DNA from: Bacillales bacterium UBA1361
GTDB taxonomy: Bacteria > Bacillota_I > Bacilli_A > RFN20 > CAG-826
DNA length: 49,146 nucleotides
Direction of reading: 5' to 3'
Assembly: GCA_002306335.1 (NCBI GenBank)
Contig: DBRT01000037.1
Coordinates: forward strand, 329 to 49,474
The notes under the pieces: generated by a model
Databases searched by the model: none
Seen by the model: only the letters and a program-made list of their open reading frames with translations
What the model was told of the DNA's origin: nothing
Translations under genes and position numbers: made by a program
Part shown: positions 20,588-28,077 of the stretch, piece after piece
Layout: each line of letters starts with the position of its first letter
Numbering within the stretch: position 1 is the first letter of the stretch

Positions 20588-21523
20588 ATGAGTAAAATAA
20601 ATGAAATACAAGTATTATTATCAAAAAAAGCTGAACTAAACGCACGGCTATCGTTATTGCCGTATGATGGCACTCCTGAAATAAAAACAATCAGCGGCAA
20701 AGATTATCTCTATGTGCGAAAAAGAGTTCTAAATAAAGTGACTTCAACCTATGTTGATGTTTATAGTGACAAGCTTTATAACAATCTACTTCGTAATAAT
20801 GAAGAAGCAAAAAAACTTAGGCGTGAAATACGCAAAATCGATAAAGCTTTAGCGAGTTTTGGTTACAAAGAAGGAATACTATTACCTAATGTCATTTTAG
20901 CGCGGGACTTTGCGCGAAAAAATCGTAATGCGATTATTTATGATCAAGTTATATTAGAGGGAATTGGTACAACTTTTCCCGAGACAGAAGCAATTCTCGA
21001 ACAAGGTATTATCAAGAATGCTAGAGCGGAAGATGTGCAAAAAATTCTTAATTTGAAAAGAGCGTGGGAATTTATTTTAGATGACGATGTTTTATTAACG
21101 AAAACAGATTTTCATCTTATTAGTTATATCGCTAAAATTGTTAATGAAGGATTATTTATTTTTGGTGGCGAAGTTAGAGGGGTACCTGTTAAGATTGGTG
21201 GTTCAACTTATTATCCTCCTATCCCACTTGAATCTAAAGTAAAAGAAGATATCAACGCTTTATTGTCTTCATCGTTAAATGATGTCGATACCGCTATTGA
21301 ACTTTGTTTATACATTATGAAAACGCAAATCTTTAATGATGGCAATAAAAGAACTGCGGTTATTGCCACTAACCATTATTTAGTGAGTAAAGGCATTGGG
21401 TTTTTAGCAATAGCTTACGATAAAGTTCCCGCTTTTAGAGAAATGTTAGTAAATTATTATGAAAATAAAAATATTAATGAAATTAAAAACTTTCTTAAAA
21501 GTTGTATACATTTAGTTGACTAG
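20588..21523 (+). CDS. Fic/Doc-fold protein with non-canonical active-site motif (QIFNDGNKRTA)
   Basis: C-terminal motif IFNDGNKRTAV matches the Doc-type HxFxD(A/G)NKR motif, except that Gln (codon 21326-21328) replaces His. The ~120-aa N-terminal extension has no recognisable family. Confidence 0.7.
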   Translation: MSKINEIQVLLSKKAELNARLSLLPYDGTPEIKTISGKDYLYVRKRVLNKVTSTYVDVYSDKLYNNLLRNNEEAKKLRREIRKIDKALASFGYKEGILLPNVILARDFARKNRNAIIYDQVILEGIGTTFPETEAILEQGIIKNARAEDVQKILNLKRAWEFILDDDVLLTKTDFHLISYIAKIVNEGLFIFGGEVRGVPVKIGGSTYYPPIPLESKVKEDINALLSSSLNDVDTAIELCLYIMKTQIFNDGNKRTAVIATNHYLVSKGIGFLAIAYDKVPAFREMLVNYYENKNINEIKNFLKSCIHLVD

Positions 21524-21691
21524 TGCAAACTTAGCAATATAAAGGGTTTTTTAACAATATTTACTATTTTTTCACAAAACAGTGTTTTTAATCGTATTAT
21601 AAGTAGTAGGTATTAATAATAATGGAAACAAATAAAGTGTTGATGAATTCACAAAAGTGTCGCGTTAATCGTAATAATAGTGTAGGTGCTT

Positions 21692-22165
21692 ATGACTAAA
21701 GAGATGTTTAGTGAAAAGTATCTAACCTACAAAGTCATGGTGTTTCAAATAAGCTATGCATATTTACGGAATATTGAAGATGCTGAAGAGGCGACGCTTG
21801 ACTCATTTATGAAATTTTATAAAAGCACGAAGAAATTTCAGTCAGTTAACCATGAAAAGAATTATTTAATTAGAGTAACGATTAATACTGCAAAAGATTA
21901 CTTAAAGAAAATTAAAGCGTTACCCTTAAATGAAGAAGTTCATGGTGTGTATGACGATAATGGTGAACTTGATAAGCATTATGTATGGGCAGTAGTCGAC
22001 GAGTTAGAAGGTAAATATAAAGATGTTATTTATTTGCGTTATACTGCAGACTTACCGTATAAAGATATAGCAAGCATTCTTAAAATAAGTGAAGCACTAG
22101 CGAGGAAATATCATGAAATTGCCATTAAAACATTGCGTGAATTAATCGGAGGAAATTATGCCTGA
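21692..22165 (+). CDS. ECF-type sigma-70 family RNA polymerase sigma factor
   Basis: About 157 aa. Region 2-like ISYAYLRNIEDAEEATLDSF. Region 4 HTH DVIYLRYTADLPYKDIASILKISEALARKYHEIAIKTLRE. Start is uncertain (GTG 21686 or ATG 21692). Confidence 0.8.
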   Translation: MTKEMFSEKYLTYKVMVFQISYAYLRNIEDAEEATLDSFMKFYKSTKKFQSVNHEKNYLIRVTINTAKDYLKKIKALPLNEEVHGVYDDNGELDKHYVWAVVDELEGKYKDVIYLRYTADLPYKDIASILKISEALARKYHEIAIKTLRELIGGNYA

Positions 22166-23507
22166 ATTAGAAAAGAAATTACATGAAACAAAAACACTTA
22201 TTCCTGAAGTGCCACAAAGATTAGATATTAAAATGGAAGAAAGGATTGATGGTGCTACAAAAGTAAAGCGTCCGCTTAACTTGCGTTTTCGCTTTGTTTT
22301 GGCGACAGCCATTGTCGCGTGTGTGGCTTTAAGCGCGACGACAATTGCCTTATTTAGTCATACTCAAAAAGAACAACAACAATTATTTCACAAATTACCA
22401 CAGTCTAAAGTGCTGATGAATTTAGATGATGACTTAGTAAATAGAACAGCAATTAAGGCGGTTGAGAAATTATCCCCCTTTCTTACTGATGAAAAAGCAG
22501 AAGATACTGTGCTATCACCAGCAACTTACTCCTTAGCGATGGCTGGGCTTTCCGCTGTTAGTGATAACTTTAATAATGATGCTTTTGGTTTAATTAATGC
22601 CGAAGAAGATGTAAAAGCGCTCTTAGAAGCATGGAATTTTAAATTTAAAAATTACACAGGTGAAACTTTTTTCCGCTCGGCAGTCTTACATCAACAAGTT
22701 GGACCAACTTATGCTTTTGATAAGAGTAAACAAGAAGCAGTAAGTGATCATTACATTTCGACAATGGTCTCTTCGCACGAATCTTACCGGAAAGACGCTG
22801 ATAAATTTTTTGATAAGAAGATTGGTTTAAAGCTTAAAGTTCCTGATTTAAATCTTAAAAGTGATGGAGTAGTGACTTACGGTGTTTTAAAAATGAAAGA
22901 TTATGTCGCTAACGATGGGCTTTTTCATCGACATATGCCTTTTACATTTAAAAGCGGGCTAGGCACAGCGGATTCCTATGTCTTTGCTGTAAGAGAAGAT
23001 CCAAAGAAAGTTGCTTATTATCGCGGAGGTAATTATGAGGTATTTAAAGTAAATATTCGAAATACTGATTTAATGATAGTTTTACCAAACGAAGAGGTTA
23101 ATATTAATCATGTAAATATCACTGAAGCTTACACTAATTTTGTTAATGAGGCTGAACTTGTTCCCGCTTTTGGCTATGTACCCTTCTTCCATAACAAAGT
23201 TGAAGGTCTAAATTTAACAGACACATTAGAAAATGTTATTACGCATAACGAAATCTATATGAGTAAATTACTTAAAGATGATGTTTATAATGATTTAGTT
23301 ATTGACGCTGTTGTGCAATCAAATGACTTTGAATTTAATAAATATGGTGTGGCAGGAGAATCAATGACCGCAGTTTCCGGCTGTACATCAACTGGTCCAC
23401 TTTACGATGAACCAATTGATCTTTCTGTTAATCGTCCGTTTTATGCCTTCTCTTTAAAAGATAAATACCCAATCTTTATTAATAAAGTGTCAAAGCCTGG
23501 CGCATAA
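22158..23507 (+). CDS. Single-pass membrane protein with extracytoplasmic serpin-fold domain; candidate anti-sigma factor
   Basis: Start overlaps the sigma stop (ATGCCTGA). RBS GGAGGA. TM helix FRFVLATAIVACVALSATTIALF. Serpin landmarks TVLSPATYSLAMAGLSAVS and VNRPFYAFSLKDKYPIFINKVSKP. Confidence 0.7.
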   Translation: MPELEKKLHETKTLIPEVPQRLDIKMEERIDGATKVKRPLNLRFRFVLATAIVACVALSATTIALFSHTQKEQQQLFHKLPQSKVLMNLDDDLVNRTAIKAVEKLSPFLTDEKAEDTVLSPATYSLAMAGLSAVSDNFNNDAFGLINAEEDVKALLEAWNFKFKNYTGETFFRSAVLHQQVGPTYAFDKSKQEAVSDHYISTMVSSHESYRKDADKFFDKKIGLKLKVPDLNLKSDGVVTYGVLKMKDYVANDGLFHRHMPFTFKSGLGTADSYVFAVREDPKKVAYYRGGNYEVFKVNIRNTDLMIVLPNEEVNINHVNITEAYTNFVNEAELVPAFGYVPFFHNKVEGLNLTDTLENVITHNEIYMSKLLKDDVYNDLVIDAVVQSNDFEFNKYGVAGESMTAVSGCTSTGPLYDEPIDLSVNRPFYAFSLKDKYPIFINKVSKPGA

Positions 23508-23542
23508 TTATTGTTTGTCATAAAACTATTTACTAAAAATAA

Positions 23543-23569
23543 GGCTACATCAAAATGTAGTCTTTTTTT
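23543..23569 (+). terminator. Rho-independent terminator after the sigma/serpin pair
   Basis: GGCTACAT-caaa-ATGTAGTC followed by TTTTTTT. Confidence 0.8.
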
Positions 23570-23646
23570 AAAAATTGATTTTAATTTATTGGTCGCTGCA
23601 TATTCTATTTAAGTATTTAACATTTTTTTAAAAAGTTTTAAAAAGT

Positions 23647-23675
23647 TTGAAAATACTTGTTTTTCAAATTAAAAT
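23647..23675 (+). promoter_or_regulatory. Sigma-A type promoter of the AAA ATPase gene
   Basis: TTGAAA, 17-nt spacer, TAAAAT. Confidence 0.55.
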
Positions 23676-23730
23676 TTATTACAATAAAATTGTAAGTTCA
23701 AAAAACTTGAATATACAAGGAGCAAATAAT

Positions 23731-24870
23731 ATGATTGTCTTAAATTTGAAGTTAGATAATATTCTAGCCTTTAAGGATTTCGAAGTTAATTTTAGTTATC
23801 CGCGTAAACTTAAGAAAACGCTAATTGAAGGAGAACATCTTCGCACAATTCCAACTTTTAGATATAAGAAATTAGTAGTGTTAATTGGTTCAAACGCAAC
23901 AGGGAAAACTTCTCTCATTAAATTAATTTGGAGAATTTCTTTATTTCTGCATCGTAAAAATCCTAGTTTTTTAGATAGTCTTATAAGTGAAAACAATGAA
24001 CACGGCAACATTGAAATTGACTTTGTAAATGAATATGATGATGTTGCTATTTTATACCGCGCTAAAATTAGAATAATTAAAAATAATGTAAATAATCAAA
24101 ACGTTGTTGAAGTTGCAATGTATAGCAAGAAACTCACTGAAGGTGATTCATACGAAAATAGTATTAATGAGTTAGATAATCATGAATATGTCTTTGAAAG
24201 TTGGCAAGTAGCTTTACAAGAGTTTTATGATAATTTTGGTTGGCAAGTAGTCCTTCCATCAACTGAAGAATTATTTGATAAGTTTTATATACATGCTGAT
24301 ATCAATGAAAGTGAAAAAGATGATTATTTAGATATATTAAACAATGTAATGAAAACATTAGATCCAGCAATTAAGAATGTTTTTCATAGTAAAGATGCTG
24401 CTGATGCGATAGTTATTGAATATAGTGATGAGCGAAAAGTATTAATTCAAAACGGTAATGACATTTCAAGTATTCCGCTGCTTTCAAGCGGTACTAAATA
24501 TGGGGTGGCGATCAGTAATATTCTTTTTTCAATTAAAAATCACCGTAACGGACTCTATTTAGTGGATGAGCAATTTTCATATGTGACTGCTGACATTGAA
24601 ACAGCAATTTTAGCAAAAATGACTGCTTTACTTAATAGTGGTGAACAACTATTTTTTACTACACACAATTCAAATATTCTTGAATTAGGTTTTCCTTTTC
24701 ATTCGTTCTATTTTATGAAAAAGACAATCATAGATGGTGCACCAATAATCAATGTGTCTTGTGCATCAGAACTAGAAAATCGCAATAATGTATCACCAAA
24801 GAATATGTTCGATAATGATGCTTTTGGAACAGCGCCGAATGTTGACGGTATCTATTCTATTGGTAAATGA
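23731..24870 (+). CDS. AAA_15/AAA_21-type (ABC/SMC-like) ATPase, orphan
   Basis: ATG at 23731 follows AAGGAG. Walker A GSNATGKTS, Walker B LYLVDEQ, H-loop-like FFTTHNS. No TM region and no nuclease domain visible. Confidence 0.75.
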   Translation: MIVLNLKLDNILAFKDFEVNFSYPRKLKKTLIEGEHLRTIPTFRYKKLVVLIGSNATGKTSLIKLIWRISLFLHRKNPSFLDSLISENNEHGNIEIDFVNEYDDVAILYRAKIRIIKNNVNNQNVVEVAMYSKKLTEGDSYENSINELDNHEYVFESWQVALQEFYDNFGWQVVLPSTEELFDKFYIHADINESEKDDYLDILNNVMKTLDPAIKNVFHSKDAADAIVIEYSDERKVLIQNGNDISSIPLLSSGTKYGVAISNILFSIKNHRNGLYLVDEQFSYVTADIETAILAKMTALLNSGEQLFFTTHNSNILELGFPFHSFYFMKKTIIDGAPIINVSCASELENRNNVSPKNMFDNDAFGTAPNVDGIYSIGK

Positions 24871-25027
24871 AATACATGTTGCAATCCAAAATTCTGGACA
24901 ATAAATATGAATATTGAGTTCTCATTTCTATTTTTGAAAAGAAATTTAGTTTCATGTGCATAAGAATACACTTGACTCTATTATTTGTAAGAGTGTAAGA
25001 TTAGGTAAAAGCGAGGAGTAATGAAAA

Positions 25028-25225
25028 GTGACTGATTTAACACAATATATATTTATGAGTAATGATGAATGGTGGACATATAGTGAAGAATATGACTGCG
25101 CCGTGCCAACCGCGAAATGTCCGGCAAAAGGTATTCGTGAATTTAATCGTAATCGTAATTTAATTACTGGGTTCATTATGATTGGTGATGGTAGTGTTCC
25201 ACCAGAATATGATCCCTATATATAA
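25028..25225 (+). CDS. Hypothetical small protein (65 aa); may continue to 25347 through a (TA)4 slippage site
   Basis: GTG start 9 nt after GAGGAG. No recognisable motif. The +2 frame stays open from 25213 to 25347. Confidence 0.25.
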   Translation: MTDLTQYIFMSNDEWWTYSEEYDCAVPTAKCPAKGIREFNRNRNLITGFIMIGDGSVPPEYDPYI

Positions 25226-25428
25226 GTATTGAAAAGTTTGTTAAAATGCGTGAGTCAATAGGTTACACTCCGCAACAAATAAAACGCGAAACTAGAATTA
25301 TCTATGACCGAACAACACGTCGCGAATATTATAAAAATAAAGTATAAATTTTGTGTTATTAGTGAATAATGCGGCAAATCATACTTAAATTTCTGTTTTA
25401 TTATTAGTGTCGTGTTATACTTTAAAGT

Positions 25429-26628
25429 ATGAAAATAACATTTATGCTTTTTTATTATGACCCCGAGAATCCGACGATTAATTACCTCTATCGTCCGCTT
25501 TGGGATAAGCTAATTAAAGCGGGGCATGAAATTAATATTATCACCCCTAATCCGACACGCGGGATTCCGTTAAGTGAACAAGAAAAATATAAGAAAACGA
25601 GTGTTGAGAAAAAAGGGGCGTTTACGATTCATCGTGTAAAGTGTTACACTTATCACCCGAGTCGCTTTAGTAAATTTAAATTACTTAGACGTTATATCAG
25701 TGTGTCGCGCCGTTTAGCGAAAAAATTGCGTAAAGTAGAAAGTGATGTTGTCTTTGTTTCTAGTAACCCGCCGCTGCTTTATAGTTATTTAGTAACAAGG
25801 TATTGTGCGAGAAAGAAAATACCAGTTATTTATAATGTTCAAGATATTTATCCTGATAATATCTTTAAAGAAAATAGTTTTGCGTATAAAGTTTTTAATC
25901 CTTTACAAGTTAAAAGTTTAGCGCGCGCTAGTGAAGTCGTCACTATTAGTGAAACAATGCGTAAAACACTTTTAAAGAAAGGCGACTTTAATAATAAAAT
26001 AAGTGTCATCTATAACTTTGATATTAGTGAAGTGCGGAAGACTCCGCTAGTGAAGAAGTATACATTTTTTGATCCATTGCAATTTAATGTCGTTTACGCT
26101 GGTAACATTGGCTATGTCCAAGATATTGATGTCATTTTAAGTGCGGCAAAACTTTTAGTGCATGAACCGCGCATTCATATTCATATCGTTGGTGAAGGTA
26201 GTCAAGCTGCAAGAATCGCTAAACGAATTCATGACGAAAATATTGTTAACGCTACTTATTACCCGCCACATAGTGTGGAAGATAGTGCCCAGCTTTATAA
26301 AAATGCGGATGTAAATGTAATATCAATATTGCCAGGGATAATTAAAACGGCATTACCACTTAAAACGGCAAGTTGTCTAGCGGCACAGAAACCGATTATT
26401 TTTATTGGACTTGAAACTTTTTATCATAATGAAGAATGGGTAAATGAGGTAAGTGAGCTCTATCCCATTAATTATCGTAATTATGAAAAGGTTGCGGAAA
26501 CAATTGAAAAACTCGCTAATGCTAAAACTAAGCCAAAATTAAAGTATGATCAAATTGAACTTTTTGATAAAGAAAAGAATGTTAATGAGTACTTTAACTT
26601 AATTACTAAGTACTTAAAAGAAGAATAG
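25429..26628 (+). CDS. Glycosyltransferase family 4 (WcaI-like)
   Basis: GT-B fold hallmarks, about 400 aa. No SD. An extended -10 (TGtTATACT, 25413-25421) ends 7 nt before the ATG. Confidence 0.7.
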   Translation: MKITFMLFYYDPENPTINYLYRPLWDKLIKAGHEINIITPNPTRGIPLSEQEKYKKTSVEKKGAFTIHRVKCYTYHPSRFSKFKLLRRYISVSRRLAKKLRKVESDVVFVSSNPPLLYSYLVTRYCARKKIPVIYNVQDIYPDNIFKENSFAYKVFNPLQVKSLARASEVVTISETMRKTLLKKGDFNNKISVIYNFDISEVRKTPLVKKYTFFDPLQFNVVYAGNIGYVQDIDVILSAAKLLVHEPRIHIHIVGEGSQAARIAKRIHDENIVNATYYPPHSVEDSAQLYKNADVNVISILPGIIKTALPLKTASCLAAQKPIIFIGLETFYHNEEWVNEVSELYPINYRNYEKVAETIEKLANAKTKPKLKYDQIELFDKEKNVNEYFNLITKYLKEE

Positions 26629-26721
26629 TGAACTGATTATTAAAGCTTTTTTAAGCATTATGAAGCTATCCTTTAATACATTTTCTATTATTTGTTGCAC
26701 GAACAGCATAATTAATATAAA

Positions 26722-27268
26722 ATGCGATTGTATGTAAGAAATTTTTGGAGAGTGATTAGGAAAAAGACCAAATTTTTATTTTTAGCCGCACTTTTTGCAT
26801 AAACGCTAACGAGACTATACGGATAAGCTATAACTTTTTAGACTCCACTTATAATGAAAGACTAGCGACAGGTGGGATGCTAATTTATATTCAATTACTG
26901 CTTGATTACTATTCGAAAGCTTTTGAAGGCTTATTTGCGTTTCACGAATGGCCTAAGGCACTTATTGATAAATATTTAATTGATAATAATGTTGAGCTAA
27001 CTATCCCTAATGTTCCAAATATTGAATTTTGTCTCGCGGGCGTAGGTTACGGTCAAGTTTCAGTTGTTATTCCTGGTCCAGATCGTTGTTCGGAAATAAA
27101 AGATGTTTTCGAAGAACAAAATTTACTGTTGAACATGTTGTTGAGAACAACTATTATAAAGTGATTAATCTTGAAGGTAATTTTGAGATTATGTTTAATT
27201 ATTATACTGAACCAAAAGTAACACCGAATTATCCAGGATTTGTCAACATGGTTTTATACCAACCATAA
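26722..27268 (+). pseudogene. Lipoprotein-like gene broken by two homopolymer frameshifts
   Basis: The signal-like MRLYVRNFWRVIRKKTKFLFLAALFA ends in TAA at 26800. Reading continues in another frame from a Cys codon (TGC 26796-26798) after a T5 run, and shifts again at the A4 run 27118-27121, ending ...NYPGFVNMVLYQP. Confidence 0.5.
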
Positions 27269-27475
27269 AAATAAAAGAAACGATGATATAATCCATTTTC
27301 TTAATAAGCATAAACGCAAATTTTAAAGAGAGTGATAGTCTTTTAAATATCTTTTTATCTTCAAGAAACATGCATATTTGATAAAAAAAGATAATTTAAC
27401 CGCTAATCAATTAATAGATAAATTAACCTTTTCGATTGTTAGTGCAAGAAAGCAAGAACTCAAGTTTGTTAATAC

Positions 27476-27504
27476 TTGCTAAATTTTTATACCTTTGATA
27501 TTAT
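27476..27504 (+). promoter_or_regulatory. Sigma-A type promoter of the five-tRNA cluster
   Basis: TTGCTA, 17-nt spacer, TATTAT, ending 10 nt before tRNA-Pro. Confidence 0.65.
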
Positions 27505-27514
27505 ATACAAGCAT

Positions 27515-27591
27515 CGGGATGTAGCGTAGCTTGGTAGCGCGTCTGTTTTGGGAACAGAAGGTCGCAGGTTCAAATCCTGTCATCCCGACCA
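27515..27591 (+). tRNA. tRNA-Pro (UGG), CCA encoded
   Basis: Acceptor CGGGATG/CATCCCG. Anticodon arm TCTGT-TTTGGGA-ACAGA. Confidence 0.9.
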
Positions 27592-27599
27592 TTTATTAT

Positions 27600-27675
27600 G
27601 GGGCCGTAGCTCATCTGGGAGAGCGCTTGCCTTGCACGCATGAGGTAGCGAGTTCGATCCTCGTCGGCTCCACCA
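27600..27675 (+). tRNA. tRNA-Ala (UGC), CCA encoded
   Basis: Acceptor GGGGCCG/CGGCTCC with the G3:U70 pair. Anticodon loop CTTGCAC. Confidence 0.9.
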
Positions 27676-27684
27676 TTATATTGT

Positions 27685-27762
27685 GGCTGCGTAGCTCAGT
27701 TGGTTTAGAGCGGCTGACTCATACCCAGCAGGTCGGGGGTTCAAATCCCTCCGCAGCTACCA
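27685..27762 (+). tRNA. tRNA-Met (CAU), elongator type
   Basis: Acceptor GGCTGCG/CGCAGCT. Anticodon loop CTCATAC. Resembles Bacillus elongator tRNA-Met and lacks initiator features. Confidence 0.8.
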
Positions 27763-27778
27763 ATACTAAAATTAAGCT

Positions 27779-27854
27779 GGACCCTTAGCTCAATGGTTAG
27801 AGCTCCCGGCTCATAACTGGTTGGTTATAGGTTCGAGTCCTATAGGGTCCACCA
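27779..27854 (+). tRNA. tRNA with CAU anticodon, probably tRNA-Ile2 (lysidine-modified)
   Basis: GGACCCTTAGCTCA...GGCTCATAAC...TAGGTTCGAGTCCTATAGGGTCCACCA resembles remembered Bacillus/Mycoplasma tRNA-Ile(CAU). The isotype is an inference. Confidence 0.75.
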
Positions 27855-27857
27855 TAC

Positions 27858-27948
27858 GGAAGCATACCCAAGCGGTTGAAGGGGTCGGTCTTGAAAACCG
27901 ATAGGGGATGCAAGTCCCGCCTGAGTTCGAATCTCAGTGCTTCCGCCA
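27858..27948 (+). tRNA. tRNA-Ser (UGA), long variable arm, CCA encoded
   Basis: Acceptor GGAAGCA/TGCTTCC. Anticodon arm TCGGT-CTTGAAA-ACCGA. Extended variable arm. Confidence 0.9.
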
Positions 27949-27960
27949 GAAAATTAATAT

Positions 27961-27990
27961 ATGCTCATATATTGAGCATTTTTTATTATC
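27961..27990 (+). terminator. Terminator after the tRNA cluster
   Basis: ATGCTCA-tatat-TGAGCAT followed by TTTTTATT. Confidence 0.75.
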
Positions 27991-28077
27991 ATATAAAATG
28001 TTGTATTTCTCTAATATTAAAAATGCTACAATAAATTTAAGGAGAAACAAAAACTTTATGAAAGCAAAATAATTACG

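Noticed and set aside
21570-21620. ECF-type autoregulated promoter (AAC ... CGT) upstream of the sigma gene
   Set aside because: AAAAC and CGTA are only 12 nt apart, against the 16-17 nt expected. A sigma-A-like TTCACA-18-TATTAT fits at least as well.
23611-23646. Tandem TAAAAAGTTT repeats as a possible mini-array or CRISPR-like feature
   Set aside because: There are only two 10-nt units in AT-rich promoter DNA, with no spacers and no cas genes.
27531-27788. 85-codon ORF in the six-frame track
   Set aside because: It lies entirely across four well-folding tRNA genes (Pro, Ala, Met, Ile2). It has no SD and its composition is dictated by tRNA sequence. It is spurious.
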